64,000 bases of DNA. Origin: Verrucomicrobiales bacterium (lineage in GTDB: Bacteria; Verrucomicrobiota; Verrucomicrobiia; Verrucomicrobiales; V1-33). This document shows positions 19,616 through 30,674 of this stretch, one piece after another. The stretch is taken from positions 1 to 64,000 of the forward strand of contig JANOAV010000010.1 in assembly GCA_031411295.1 (NCBI GenBank), written 5' to 3'. Position 1 is the stretch's first letter. Every line of letters begins with the position of its first letter. The translations under genes and the position numbers were made by a program. A model generated the notes under the pieces. It saw nothing but the letters and a program-made list of their open reading frames with translations. It had not been told where the DNA came from and searched no databases.

Positions 19616-22600
19616 ATGTCAGCACCTTCCGCCAAATCTGCTTCCACCGCACCCGCCGGTGTGGCCATGGTGGACCATGCCCTGGCGACGAAAGAGTTTG
19701 CCCAGCGATTGGGGAAACTCAACGCCCGCAGCAAGACCCCCATTTATTTGGACCACGTCAGCCATGCCGCGCTGGGATTCGCCACCGCCTTGGTCATCAA
19801 TCATGCGCGGGCGACAACCCCGGCGCGACGAATCTGGGTGGTGGCACCGGATTTACGCACGCAGGAGAATCTGGGGCATGATTTGCTAACCTGGATTGGG
19901 CCCACCGTATTCTTCCCCGAACAAGAGCAGGATAAGTCCATCGACGGCCTGCCAGACCAGGACGTGCAGGCGGAGCGCCTCGCCATTCTGCAACGGATGC
20001 ATGGCGAGGAACCGATGGTAATTCTCCTCAATGCCTCCAGTCTGGACGAGGACGTTCCGCTGCCCAGCGGGCTGCACCAGGAGCACATCACCTTCCGCAA
20101 GGGCGCGGAAATCCGCTTGGAGCAAATCATCGCCACGCTGGAAACCGCCGACTACGAACGCACGTCACAAGTGGCCGAACGTGGTCAGTTTGCCGTGCGC
20201 GGCGGCATCGTGGATATCTTTTCCTGGCACGCTGAGTTGCCAGTGCGTCTGGAATTGTTCGACCAGGAAATCGAAAGCATCCGCAGTTTCGATCCGGATA
20301 GTCAGATGTCCATTTCCCGGCTCCAGGAAACGTCCATCCTGCTTTCCCCCGGCCTCAGTGGCCAAACCTGTGCCCTGCGCGAGTGCATGGGCGCAGGGGA
20401 TTTGGTGGTTGCAGTGGAAATGTTAGATCTAGCGAGAGCCGGAGTGCATATTCTCCAGGGAGCGGCCCCCAGCAAGGCAGGCAAGGCCGAAGACTTCGCC
20501 ACCGCGTGCCATGATCATCCGTTAGGCGATTTCCATGCGGGCGATTTCGTGTTGCAGGAAGTGCGACGCACCGAGTTCTCCAAACAAGTGGAGCGCTGGC
20601 ACGAGGAAGGCTGGCGCTTGGAAATGTTCTTCAATACCGAAGGAGAAATGCAACGTTTCCAAGAGTTGGTGCCCGTGGAAGCGGCGCGCATCCATGGCCA
20701 GATCGGTGCGCTGCATCGGGGCTTCGTGGTCCCGGCGGCAAAGTTGGTGGTGCTGTGCGATGCGGAAATCTTCGGTCGCTATCAAACCACCCGCGCGCGA
20801 AGATTGTTTGGCCAGGACCGCCAAGCCAAGGCGCGACGAGCCCCGCTGGACCTGTCTGAAATACAGTTAGGCGATCTGGTGGTCCATTTGGAGCACGGCA
20901 TCGGGAAATACCGTGGGCTCATTTCCAAAGCGCGGCACGATGGTCTGGCCGAAGACGTGCTGGTCATCGAATACGCCCACGATGCCAAGCTCTACGTCCC
21001 GCTGCAGCATGCCTACATGGTATCCCGTTATGTGGGCGTGGGCCGGAAGAATCCGGACCTTTCCACGTTGGGCGATGGCAAATGGAGCAAGACCAAGAAG
21101 GTGGCGGAGAAGTCCATCATGGACTACGCCGTGGAACTGCTGCGCATTCAAGCTGAACGCCAGTTGGGCAACGGCTATGCGCATGCGCCTGATGGCAAAT
21201 GGCAATGGGAGTTCGAGAACTCCTTTATTTACAAGGAAACTGCGGATCAGCTCAAGTCCATCAACGAGACCAAGGCGGACATGGAAAGCAACCGCGCGAT
21301 GGATCGGCTGATCTGTGGCGACGTGGGCTTCGGTAAAACGGAAGTGGCCATCCGCGCCATCTTCAAAGCTGTCATGTCAGGAAAGCAAGTCGCCCTGTTG
21401 TGCCCCACCACCGTGTTAGCGCAACAGCATTGGCAAACGCTGCGGGAGCGGATGTCGGACTATCCCATCAAGGTCGAACTGCTGAATCGCTATCGCACCG
21501 CCAAGGAAACAAAGTCTGTGCTGGAAGGCATGGCGAATGGGTCCGTGGACATCTGCGTCGGCACGCATCGCTTGGTTTCCAAAGACGTGGCCTACAAGAA
21601 TCTGGGGCTGGTAGTGGTGGATGAAGAGCAACGCTTCGGCGTGAAACATAAAGAGCGATTCAAGGAAATGTTCCAGCTCGTGGATGTGCTCACGCTGAGT
21701 GCCACTCCGATACCCCGCACGCTGTATTTAAGCCTCATGGGCGCGCGGGACATGAGCACCATCGAGACCGCCCCGCCGAATCGGATCCCGGTGGAAACAA
21801 CGATTCTGGCTTACGACGAACGCATCATCCGCAAAGCGATCGATCGGGAAATCAAACGTGGCGGCCAGGTGTATTTCCTGCACAACCGCGTGGAATCAAT
21901 CGAAGGCATGGCCAACAAAATTCGCGGACTCTGCCCTGCCGCCAAAGTGGTGGTGGGCCATGGGCAGATGGAGGAAGGCTTATTGGAGCAGGTGATGACC
22001 AACTTCATCGCTGGTCAAGCAGACGTGCTCGTGAGCACCACCATCATCGAAAGCGGCATCGACATCCCGAACGCCAACACCATCATCATCGACCGCGCAG
22101 ACCGCTTTGGCTTGGCGGATTTGTATCAATTGCGAGGCCGCGTGGGGCGTTCTGGAGTAAAGGCCTACGCCTACCTGATGCTGCCGCAGCATTTGATCAC
22201 CACCACGGATGCTCGCAAGCGCATGAACGCCATCAAACAATATTCCAGCTTGGGATCCGGCTTCAAAATCGCCATGCGCGACTTGGAAATTCGGGGCGCC
22301 GGAAATTTACTCGGCACCCAACAAAGCGGACACGTGATTGCCATCGGCTTTGAGCTTTACTGTCAGGTGCTCAAAACCGCGGTGGCTGGACTACAGGGAA
22401 AGAAAACCAGCGATCGCTTGGAACTGGCTCTGGACCTTGATTTCGTGGCCTTCAACGAAGCAGATTACGCCGCCTCCCCGAAGAAGCTCCCAGCGTTTCT
22501 GGTGGCAGGATACATTGCCGAACCGCCACTACGGATCGCCGCCTATAAACAATTGGCGGAAGTGACCACACAAAAGCAACTCACCGAGTTAGTAAAGAAC

Positions 22601-22837
22601 TGGCGAGATCGCTTCGGACCTTACCCTGCCGAAGTGGAAAATTTGATCCGCACCGTGGAACTCAAATTAGCCGCCGCCAAGAAAGGCTACAGCTCACTGC
22701 AAGTCAAAGAAGACAAATTGATGCTCACCAAAAATGGCGACTATTTCCAGATCAACGGAAAGTTTCCCCGCCTCCGCCCCAGCGCCAAACCCAAGCAACG
22801 CTTGGAGGAATCTCTCGCCTGGCTGGAGAAGCTGTAA
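19616..22837 (+). CDS. mfd: Transcription-repair coupling factor
   Basis: UvrB-homology region ([13 protein letters not shown]), CarD-like [41 protein letters not shown] and a TRCF C-terminal domain. Confidence 0.97.
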   Translation: MSAPSAKSASTAPAGVAMVDHALATKEFAQRLGKLNARSKTPIYLDHVSHAALGFATALVINHARATTPARRIWVVAPDLRTQENLGHDLLTWIGPTVFFPEQEQDKSIDGLPDQDVQAERLAILQRMHGEEPMVILLNASSLDEDVPLPSGLHQEHITFRKGAEIRLEQIIATLETADYERTSQVAERGQFAVRGGIVDIFSWHAELPVRLELFDQEIESIRSFDPDSQMSISRLQETSILLSPGLSGQTCALRECMGAGDLVVAVEMLDLARAGVHILQGAAPSKAGKAEDFATACHDHPLGDFHAGDFVLQEVRRTEFSKQVERWHEEGWRLEMFFNTEGEMQRFQELVPVEAARIHGQIGALHRGFVVPAAKLVVLCDAEIFGRYQTTRARRLFGQDRQAKARRAPLDLSEIQLGDLVVHLEHGIGKYRGLISKARHDGLAEDVLVIEYAHDAKLYVPLQHAYMVSRYVGVGRKNPDLSTLGDGKWSKTKKVAEKSIMDYAVELLRIQAERQLGNGYAHAPDGKWQWEFENSFIYKETADQLKSINETKADMESNRAMDRLICGDVGFGKTEVAIRAIFKAVMSGKQVALLCPTTVLAQQHWQTLRERMSDYPIKVELLNRYRTAKETKSVLEGMANGSVDICVGTHRLVSKDVAYKNLGLVVVDEEQRFGVKHKERFKEMFQLVDVLTLSATPIPRTLYLSLMGARDMSTIETAPPNRIPVETTILAYDERIIRKAIDREIKRGGQVYFLHNRVESIEGMANKIRGLCPAAKVVVGHGQMEEGLLEQVMTNFIAGQADVLVSTTIIESGIDIPNANTIIIDRADRFGLADLYQLRGRVGRSGVKAYAYLMLPQHLITTTDARKRMNAIKQYSSLGSGFKIAMRDLEIRGAGNLLGTQQSGHVIAIGFELYCQVLKTAVAGLQGKKTSDRLELALDLDFVAFNEADYAASPKKLPAFLVAGYIAEPPLRIAAYKQLAEVTTQKQLTELVKNWRDRFGPYPAEVENLIRTVELKLAAAKKGYSSLQVKEDKLMLTKNGDYFQINGKFPRLRPSAKPKQRLEESLAWLEKL

Positions 22838-22978
22838 GATGTGTTTGACACTATGGCGCAGGGGACTCCTTCGTCAGTCCGCCAAGCGTGGGCGAGGAGT
22901 AAAAGTCCGCACTGGCGTCACGCTATCAGAGGCAACATTCTGGTTGGCCACGATTCACTCTTGGTGTAGCTTCACCTC

Positions 22979-23641
22979 ATGCCAAGCCTCGAAACCTTGA
23001 TCTCCCCGATCATTCACTCCCCACAGTTAGCGGAAATCTCCCAACTGATCCAGCAAACGCTCGACGACGAACGTCGCCTGCGGAACGAGTTCTATGCAGA
23101 TATGACGCCTGAGCTGAAAATTGAATTTATCGAGGGAGAGGTCGTAATGCATTCTCCTGCGCGCAACGTTCATCTGGATGTAACCGTCTGGATTCTAAAG
23201 CTTTTGCATACCTATGTTGGCATCCATCAGCTTGGGGAAGTGAAATCCGAGAAATGCCTCGTCGTCTTCCCGCGCAACGATTACGAGCCGGACGTCGTTT
23301 ACTTCAGTCCCGCCAAAGCACAGGGCCTGCAGGCGGACACGATGAAATTTCCCATTCCAGATCTGGTCGTGGAAGTCTTGAGCGAGTCCACCGAGCAGCA
23401 TGATCGGGGCGTGAAATTTGAGGATTTCGAAGCCCATGGAGTGCTGGAATACTGGATCGTGGATGCGGAGGCTCAGATCGTGGAACAGTATGTTCGCCAA
23501 GGGGAAACGTTGAATTTGAAAATGAAATCCAGCACCGGAGAACTTCGCAGTGAGACGGTCCTGGGTTTTGTCGTCAACGTGCGCGCGTTCTTTGACGCTC
23601 AGGAGAATTTGGTAGCGCTGCGCGCCTTGCTGGGAGGCTAG
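22979..23641 (+). CDS. Uma2 family (PD-(D/E)XK) endonuclease
   Basis: EFIEGEV..SP, EPDV, PDLVVEVLSEST...D...K and GVLEYWIVD. Confidence 0.9.
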   Translation: MPSLETLISPIIHSPQLAEISQLIQQTLDDERRLRNEFYADMTPELKIEFIEGEVVMHSPARNVHLDVTVWILKLLHTYVGIHQLGEVKSEKCLVVFPRNDYEPDVVYFSPAKAQGLQADTMKFPIPDLVVEVLSESTEQHDRGVKFEDFEAHGVLEYWIVDAEAQIVEQYVRQGETLNLKMKSSTGELRSETVLGFVVNVRAFFDAQENLVALRALLGG

Positions 23642-23789
23642 CTGCTGGCGCTCGGCCTGGGCGCTCCGGTCCCCGCTTCGAAGCCACCGACGGGTTTCGG
23701 CTTAATCCTCACGTCCGTTGGATACCTTGCTTGAACCCTCGTGTTAATTTAGCTTGGCGGCAGCAGAGTGGACCGTTAGCATTTGCCTC

Positions 23790-25574
23790 ATGAAATCTGT
23801 TCGGCTTCCACTACTCATTCTGCTTGGCTTTGGCCTTGCGGGATGGCTTGGCGGTCGCCTCTACTTTCACTGGGGCCGATCTGTGATTCCTCCTCCTGCC
23901 ACCGCACGGCCTGCGGTCACGGCGGAGTCGGCCGATAGTTTTCAGGAAAAGGTTGCCGGAGTCTTGGATGTGGCGGCACTCCAAGCGCAGTGGCGGTTGA
24001 TTGAAGCAGGAGATCGCGAGGATTGGGCGTGGCAAATAAAAGCTGCGGCACTATGGCAGCGCTGGACGGAGTTGGATGCTGCCTCTGCCATGGCAGCGCT
24101 GCCGCCGCCAGTAATTGGTATTCGGCAGCTGTCAGAGATGGAACGAATGTTTGAGTCACAGCCTACCGAACCAAAGGTCTTGGATGATTTGCCGCGCATG
24201 GTTGTGTTTTCCGTGCTGGCGCGGAAAGATTTGGATTCCGCCCTGAAGCTGGCGCAGAGTCTTCCAGCCGATCCACGCATTGCTGCCATGAATGGCATTT
24301 TGGAAGTATTGGCCGTGGACAATGCGCCGCGCTTTTTCGAAATTGCGGCAACATTGGATTCGAAATCCATTCCTGAGCAGTTTGGCATTGAAGCCTTCTG
24401 GACCGTGCTCAAATCCGACCTGCCCTCCGCACTGGATTTGCTCCAGAAGAACGCGGTGAATTTTGGGAAATATGGTTCGAGCGGCATGAATGCGTGGGAG
24501 TTACTGCTCAACACTTGGAAGGAAAAGGATCCGCAGGCGCTGGCAGATTGGTGGCTCAGCACTAAAACCACCGTAGGGATCAATCGATATTTTGAGTCGG
24601 ACTTGGCCAATCGTTTGGCGCTTCAATTTAGCTCCACAAACCCTACCTTGGCAGTTGAAATCTTGATTAAGAAGGGAGGTCATTCGTTGTGGAAAATAGG
24701 ATCTGAAAGTTTGAGTCTGGCAGTTCAGCTCAGCCAGCAAGTCCCCGGTAAGTTTGGCAACTCGGCACTAACACGGGCGATTGAAGCGGTTCAGCCGCGT
24801 GATCTTCCCCTGGCGGCTGAATGGGTCCAATCACTAGCTTCGCAGACTGAGAAAAACACCGCCATCCAAACGCTCTTTCCGCACTGGCATGATCAAGCTC
24901 CGGCTGCGGCCCTGGCCTGGCTGCTGCAACAGTCAGATCAGGAAACCAAACAATCGTCGTTGGTTAGAATACTGAAGCGTCAGCCTGGTGTTCGCAACCA
25001 GATGTCATTTGAGCAAGTGGATCAGGCCTTGCTTAGCCTGCCCGATGAACTGCGGAATGCTGTGGCCTGTAGATTGTTGGTAGATCACAATGTTGACCGG
25101 ACCATTGAGCGGGATCTACAGATGCTGGAACAAATGGTGCCCGGCCCCGTCCAGAATGATGCGCTGGCACAGTTAATGAGCATCTGGCGCAAGGAGAATC
25201 CGGTCGTGGCTGGCGAGTTTCCTAAGTTAGTGGCAGAGCCTGCGCTGCAAACTCAATTTCGCGCCCAAGCAGTCGCAGAGGAATATCTCGCCCAACCAGA
25301 TCTGGCTGCCAGCAACTTCAAATCGCTCCCTGCGGGTGGACGGCGAGATGCTGTGGCAGCCAGTATGAGTGTCCTTTATGAGGCGGAGGAACCCGGAGCC
25401 GCCATGGAATGGGCGATGCAAATCAGTGATCACACTTTCCGCTTGGAAAAGCTAACGCAGATCGCCCGGAACTGCCCGGCTCAAAAATATCCTGACGTTG
25501 CAAAATATTTCAAAGACCCGCGGGTGGGACTTTCTGATTTGGAGGTTGAACAACTGCGGAGGGTAAGCCGATGA
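23790..25574 (+). CDS. Membrane-anchored alpha-helical repeat protein, hypothetical
   Basis: N-terminal TM segment and recurring W-x3-D/A-P-x-A-A-x2-W units. Confidence 0.75.
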   Translation: MKSVRLPLLILLGFGLAGWLGGRLYFHWGRSVIPPPATARPAVTAESADSFQEKVAGVLDVAALQAQWRLIEAGDREDWAWQIKAAALWQRWTELDAASAMAALPPPVIGIRQLSEMERMFESQPTEPKVLDDLPRMVVFSVLARKDLDSALKLAQSLPADPRIAAMNGILEVLAVDNAPRFFEIAATLDSKSIPEQFGIEAFWTVLKSDLPSALDLLQKNAVNFGKYGSSGMNAWELLLNTWKEKDPQALADWWLSTKTTVGINRYFESDLANRLALQFSSTNPTLAVEILIKKGGHSLWKIGSESLSLAVQLSQQVPGKFGNSALTRAIEAVQPRDLPLAAEWVQSLASQTEKNTAIQTLFPHWHDQAPAAALAWLLQQSDQETKQSSLVRILKRQPGVRNQMSFEQVDQALLSLPDELRNAVACRLLVDHNVDRTIERDLQMLEQMVPGPVQNDALAQLMSIWRKENPVVAGEFPKLVAEPALQTQFRAQAVAEEYLAQPDLAASNFKSLPAGGRRDAVAASMSVLYEAEEPGAAMEWAMQISDHTFRLEKLTQIARNCPAQKYPDVAKYFKDPRVGLSDLEVEQLRRVSR

Positions 25575-26992
25575 AAACCGACCGTTTCACGAATCTGCTG
25601 ATGGCAGTGCTAGGCGTGGTTCTGGGCGTGGGAATCGCGTGGCGGCAGACTCCGGCAAATCAGACTAACGGGGCGCAAAACATAACCAATCAGTCGTCAC
25701 CACCAGTGACACCGTTTTCGCTGCTTGCGGCCTATGAAGCCAAGAGCCCGGACGCCTACCGCGCCTTGCTCTCGAACCCTCGTTTTCCGAGCAGGAAAGT
25801 ATGGCTGCGCTGGGCCAAGGCGGATCCGGTCCAATGTTATGCCGAATTGATCAAGCAACCTGCGTGGAAACAGATCGAAGCCGCGTTTAGTATGCGTATG
25901 AGTTATGGTCCTCCCCCGCCGGATGAGGTCATCGCCACTTTATTCATGACTTGGGTGGAACTTGATCCCAGCACCGCATTTGCCTCATTGAAAGCCATGC
26001 CAGCGTATTTCTACGCTCATCGAGCCGTTAGCAAGGTGTTGAGCCACTTGGTGGAGCGTGATCCTATGGTTGCGATCCCTTTCGTGGGGGAGTTTGGACC
26101 CAGCGCCAATTCCTTTGCTGTCGCGAAAGCAACGTGGAGCAATGTGGATCTGCCCGCGTTAGCGAAGGCAGCTGAGCGCCTGCCGTCGAATTTCTATGCC
26201 GAATGTTTGCTGAAGTTGATTGCCGAAAAGTATGCCGCAGAACATCCTGAGGATGCATACAAGTGGGCACAAAATTTGCAAAGCAGGGGCAGGGAAGCGC
26301 TCTTCGCAGCGGTTTTCAAACCATGGGCTGAGAGCGACCCGCAGACCGTAATGCGGCTGATGTTCCAGGCCCGAAACCCTTGCGAGCGGAAAGCAGCGGC
26401 AGGCCCACTGGCCACGCTCTTGGCCAAACAGGATCCCGCTCAGGCATGGAGCGCAGCCAAGCAGGCCGGAATGCTGCCGGACATGGAGCAAAATTTAATT
26501 ATGGGCTGGGCAACCAAAACCCCAGCAGCGGCCGCGCAGTATTTCCAGGAGCAAGAGCCCGAATATCGCTCCAAGGCCCTTCCGACTATTTTCAATCAGT
26601 GGGGGGCCAGGGATGTTAAGTCCGCCGCTGCCGCCATGGAGGGATTACCCTTCGATACAACCAAGCTGACGATCATTAAAGATCTCGTTCCGCGTTGGGC
26701 CGCAGTCGATCCCGCTGCGGCTGGGGAGTTCATTGCGGCCCAACCCTATCACAAACAAAATGAGGATCTCGCCCGCAACATAAGTTCTCTTTGGGCACGC
26801 TCAGCACCGGCACAGGCAGCCACCTGGTCACAGAAATTACCTGAAGGGATTCGCTCGGAAGCGCTCCGGGCGGCTTATTTTGCATGGGCCAGGCAAGATC
26901 CTACGGCCGCAGGGGCCTCCGCGAATGCCATTGAGGGAAGTGCTGATCGGGAACGTGCGCTTCAGGCGGTAAATTCGGTTAAAGGGAATTAG
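25571..26992 (+). CDS. Membrane-anchored alpha-helical repeat protein, paralogue of upstream gene
   Basis: N-terminal TM segment; many W-x3-DP-x-AA repeats; ATGA overlap with the upstream gene. Confidence 0.8.
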   Translation: MKTDRFTNLLMAVLGVVLGVGIAWRQTPANQTNGAQNITNQSSPPVTPFSLLAAYEAKSPDAYRALLSNPRFPSRKVWLRWAKADPVQCYAELIKQPAWKQIEAAFSMRMSYGPPPPDEVIATLFMTWVELDPSTAFASLKAMPAYFYAHRAVSKVLSHLVERDPMVAIPFVGEFGPSANSFAVAKATWSNVDLPALAKAAERLPSNFYAECLLKLIAEKYAAEHPEDAYKWAQNLQSRGREALFAAVFKPWAESDPQTVMRLMFQARNPCERKAAAGPLATLLAKQDPAQAWSAAKQAGMLPDMEQNLIMGWATKTPAAAAQYFQEQEPEYRSKALPTIFNQWGARDVKSAAAAMEGLPFDTTKLTIIKDLVPRWAAVDPAAAGEFIAAQPYHKQNEDLARNISSLWARSAPAQAATWSQKLPEGIRSEALRAAYFAWARQDPTAAGASANAIEGSADRERALQAVNSVKGN

Positions 26993-27516
26993 CGCAATTC
27001 ACTGAGCTGCCCGGGTTCGTAATCCGATGGGATGTCGAGGTCCGGTTGCTTTACCGCCACCAGCTTCCAGTTCCAAGCGCCCCAGCCCTCCCGGCGCCAG
27101 ACGAAAGTAAAAGGGACCTTCAACTTGTCCCCTTGGGAAAGGATCAGCTCGCCAATTGGAGTGAGGGGTTTCCCGCTCAGCGCAAACTCGGTAATGTAGC
27201 TGGCTTCCGGCATTCCAGGCTGATCCGAACGCTCCCAATCGGCCGATTTGACCTCTATTTTCAAGGTCAGGAACTGCGCGGAAACATCGTCCATGGAACG
27301 ACGGATTTTCTCGTTGGTAAACTTCCATTCGTCCTTGTAATCGCTCGAAATCAAGTCTGCATAAGCCTTCGGCGTGCGTTGCTCGATGGCCTTCAGCAAC
27401 TCCGCCTGGCGGTGCTCCAACTGCCAACTATCGAAACACCGGGGCACGCCCCACCACAGGAGGCTGATGATCCAAAAGCCCAGCAGGATTTTCCAATAGC
27501 GACGAATAAAATTCAT
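26989..27516 (-). CDS. Hypothetical membrane-anchored protein (possibly NTF2-like fold)
   Basis: N-terminal TM segment from ATG 27516; LISSDYKD and F-x-W...WKL pattern. Confidence 0.7.
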   Translation of the reverse strand: MNFIRRYWKILLGFWIISLLWWGVPRCFDSWQLEHRQAELLKAIEQRTPKAYADLISSDYKDEWKFTNEKIRRSMDDVSAQFLTLKIEVKSADWERSDQPGMPEASYITEFALSGKPLTPIGELILSQGDKLKVPFTFVWRREGWGAWNWKLVAVKQPDLDIPSDYEPGQLSELR

Positions 27517-27670
27517 GATAGGCGAATGGTGGAGCAAGGCGGCGGCGGTTGCGAGGGAAAAGATTAACCAACCTCTGGATGCCATGCCTCTGCGGCGCAA
27601 ATACGGCAGGGAAACGGGTTGTCAGCGGCACGGCTTCCGCCCAGCGTTTGCTGCACCCCCCATTCTCCGC

Positions 27671-29974
27671 ATGATCCGCTTGTCCTTTTGCTATTTCTTT
27701 GCCTGCCTGCTGTCACCATTCGTGCAGGCCGCCTCCCTCACGTCTTACGCCAAGGATGTAAAACCGCTGCTGGAGAAATATTGCTGGGACTGCCATGGCG
27801 ATGGCGCTAAGAAGGGAGATCTCAATTTGGATCCCTACACGGACGATGCCAGCATTCTCAAGGCCGGCAAGATCTGGGGCAGTGTAGAGTATAATGTGGA
27901 GAACTGGATGATGCCACCACCCAAGAAGACCCAACCCACGCCAGCCGAGCGGGAAGTAATCGCGCATTACATTGATCGGGTGTTGAATCCCTTTGATGCC
28001 ACGAAACCAGACCCCGGACGCGTCACCATTCGCAGGTTGAATCGCGTGGAGTATAACAACACAATGCGGGATCTCTTGGGCGTTGATGTGAAACCAGCCA
28101 ACGATTTTCCGGAGGATGACACGGGCTATGGTTTCGATACTATTGGCGACGTGCTGACGATCCCGCCCATCCTCATGGAGCGCTACTTAACCGCTGCCGA
28201 TAAAGTGCTGGAGGCGGCCATGCCCAATGGCAAGAGCACCTTAGAGAAGATCGTTTACAAAGCGAATACGATCAAGGGCGATGGCCAATTGGTGGATAAA
28301 AAGGTGTTTCTCCTCACCAGCGAAGGTCTGGCCCGGGTGCAGCATGAATTTCCGATGGCAGGCGAGTATGTCCTGCGGGCCAAGGCCTATGCCAACCAAG
28401 CCGGAAATGAAGTCGCCAAGGTGGACCTGCGGTTGGAAGGTGGGGTGCTCAAGACGTTTGAGCTTACGGCCGCTGCCGCCGAAAAGCCCCAAGTGCTGGA
28501 GGCTCGCTTTAAGGCCGAAGCTGGGCAACAGAGGATCGGCCTGCGTTTCCTGAATGATTTCTATGACGAGAAAGCCGCCGACCCCAACAAGCGGGATCGC
28601 AACGTGTTCTTAATTTCGCTCGAAGTCGAAGGTCCGCTGGCAGGCAAAGGCGGCGGGAGTGGCAATGCGGCCCAGAAAATCTTTGGGGCCGGCGCAGCCT
28701 TGGGGGAAACGGAGGCTGGAGCCCGGGCGATTCTGCAAGTCTTCGCCAATCGGGCCTTCCGTCGCTCGGCCATTCCGGCGGAGGTGCAGCGCTTGCTAAC
28801 GATTTTTCAATTGGCGCAGAAGAAGGGGGAAAATTTCCGGGAAGCGCTGAAGCTTTCGATGAAGGCCATCCTCGTATCGCCTTATTTCATCTACCGCACC
28901 GAATGGCAGGCGGAGGCGAATAACCCCGCCATGGTCGTGGAGTTGAACGAGTTCAGCCTCGCCAGTCGTATGGCGTATTTCCTGTGGAGTTCCATGCCCG
29001 ACGACGAGTTGCTGTCGCTGGCGTTTCGCAATGAATTACGAAAGAATTTGCCAGCCCAGATCACCCGCATGTTGAAGGACCCAAAGGCCCGCGCGCTGGC
29101 GCAAAACTTTGCCGGCCAATGGCTCGAAATCCGCACGCTGGATGTCGTGCAACCGGATCAGAAGCGCTTCCGTTTCCCCACTCCGCTGCGGGAAGCCATG
29201 AAACAGGAAACCGAGGAATTCTTCTGGTATATCCAGCAGGAGAACCGCAGTCTGCTGGATTTCGTGGGGGCCAACTACACGTTCGTCAATGATCGGCTGG
29301 CCACGCATTACGGCCTGCCGGGAGTAACGGGTGGGGACTTCCGTAAAGTGGAACTGCCAGCCAGCACTTTGCGCCGCGGCATCCTAACGCAGGGCAGCGT
29401 TTTGACTCTGACCTCTGATCCCGTCCGCACCAGTCCCGTCAAACGCGGCAAGTGGATCACGGAAAATATTCTCGGCATTGCCGCGCCTCCGCCGCCTCCG
29501 AATGTGCCGCCGCTCGACGCCAACGAACAGGGAGCACTGCAAGGCACGGTGCGGCAGCGTTTGGAGAAACATCGCACCAATCCGGGTTGCGCCTCCTGCC
29601 ATGCCTTGCTGGATCCCATGGGCTTCGGACTGGAGAATTTTGATGCCATCGGCGTGCAGCGGACCCAGGAAAATGGGGTTCCCGTGGACACCATGGGCGT
29701 GTTGACCACCGGTCAGCAGTTTCATAATGCCATTGAATTGTCTGACATCATCATGAAGGACAAACGCGATGCCTTCCTGCGCTGTGTGACCAAAAAGATG
29801 TTTACCTACGCCTTGGGGCGGGCTCCGGAAGCGTATGACCGGCCTGCCATCGACACCATCATCGCCCGCCTGGGCAAGGACAATAACCGTTTCCAAACCC
29901 TGGTCACCGCACTCATCGAAAGCCTGCCGTTTCAGAAACGCCGCGGGGACTCGGCAGCCGTGAAAGCCAAGTAA
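27671..29974 (+). CDS. DUF1592-family (DUF1587/1595/1592/1588/1585) protein with c-type haem motifs
   Basis: Signal peptide, CWDCH, RRLNRVEYNNT, SPYFIYR, LASRMAYFLWSSMPD, TSPVKRGKW, CASCH and YALGR. Confidence 0.9.
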   Translation: MIRLSFCYFFACLLSPFVQAASLTSYAKDVKPLLEKYCWDCHGDGAKKGDLNLDPYTDDASILKAGKIWGSVEYNVENWMMPPPKKTQPTPAEREVIAHYIDRVLNPFDATKPDPGRVTIRRLNRVEYNNTMRDLLGVDVKPANDFPEDDTGYGFDTIGDVLTIPPILMERYLTAADKVLEAAMPNGKSTLEKIVYKANTIKGDGQLVDKKVFLLTSEGLARVQHEFPMAGEYVLRAKAYANQAGNEVAKVDLRLEGGVLKTFELTAAAAEKPQVLEARFKAEAGQQRIGLRFLNDFYDEKAADPNKRDRNVFLISLEVEGPLAGKGGGSGNAAQKIFGAGAALGETEAGARAILQVFANRAFRRSAIPAEVQRLLTIFQLAQKKGENFREALKLSMKAILVSPYFIYRTEWQAEANNPAMVVELNEFSLASRMAYFLWSSMPDDELLSLAFRNELRKNLPAQITRMLKDPKARALAQNFAGQWLEIRTLDVVQPDQKRFRFPTPLREAMKQETEEFFWYIQQENRSLLDFVGANYTFVNDRLATHYGLPGVTGGDFRKVELPASTLRRGILTQGSVLTLTSDPVRTSPVKRGKWITENILGIAAPPPPPNVPPLDANEQGALQGTVRQRLEKHRTNPGCASCHALLDPMGFGLENFDAIGVQRTQENGVPVDTMGVLTTGQQFHNAIELSDIIMKDKRDAFLRCVTKKMFTYALGRAPEAYDRPAIDTIIARLGKDNNRFQTLVTALIESLPFQKRRGDSAAVKAK

Positions 29975-30041
29975 ATTCCTGCTGGCGCAGTTCGGATGCG
30001 TGGTATGTTCCCAGTCATTGACCCCTCCTGCGAATAACCTC

Positions 30042-30638
30042 ATGTGGCGCAAATTTCTCCGCACCTGCAAATGGCTCCTGCTGCTCCTCCTCTTGGTGGG
30101 TGGCTGGTTGGCGTATGTGGCGTGGGATATTTTGCAATTCAGCCGGCAGGACCAAGCCCAGCGCAGTGATGTGGCGGTGGTGCTGGGGGCGGCCGCATGG
30201 GACCACCATCCTTCCCCCGTGTTGGAAGAACGCATCAATCACGCGATTGCGCTCTACAAACGAGGCATGGTGCGGAAGATTATATTTACCGGTGGTTATG
30301 GTGAGAAGGCCGCCATGGCGGAAAGCGAAGTGGCCCGTAACTACGCCGTGGCCCAGGGGCTGCCAGAGAAAGATCTCTTCACCGAAACCAAGAGCCACTC
30401 CACGCTCGAGAACGTCACCGAAGCCCAGAAGATCATTGCCGAGCAAAAATTCGCCACTGTCATTCTGGTGAGCGATCCGCTGCAAATGCGACGCGCCACC
30501 GCCATGATGCATGATCTGGGCGTCCTCACCATTTCCTCCCCCACCCCCACCACGCGCTTCCGCTCCAAGGATTCTAAAATGGAGTTCTTGTTCTCGGAGG
30601 CTTACAAATACGCCATTTATATGATGGCTGGTCGCTAA
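30042..30638 (+). CDS. YdcF/DUF218 family protein
   Basis: N-terminal TM segment; VVLGA, IIFTGG, ESE, E-x-K-S-x-S-T-x-E-N and VSD..QMRRA. Confidence 0.9.
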   Translation: MWRKFLRTCKWLLLLLLLVGGWLAYVAWDILQFSRQDQAQRSDVAVVLGAAAWDHHPSPVLEERINHAIALYKRGMVRKIIFTGGYGEKAAMAESEVARNYAVAQGLPEKDLFTETKSHSTLENVTEAQKIIAEQKFATVILVSDPLQMRRATAMMHDLGVLTISSPTPTTRFRSKDSKMEFLFSEAYKYAIYMMAGR

Positions 30639-30674
30639 GTCCCCACCTGTGATGCCCGTCATTCCTGCTCCTCC

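Noticed and set aside
23731..23790. Possible attC right arm (…GCAGCAGAGTGGACCGTTAGC) before the repeat-protein pair
   Set aside because: GTTAGCA does not fit GTTRRRY, and no matching left arm or downstream core site was found.
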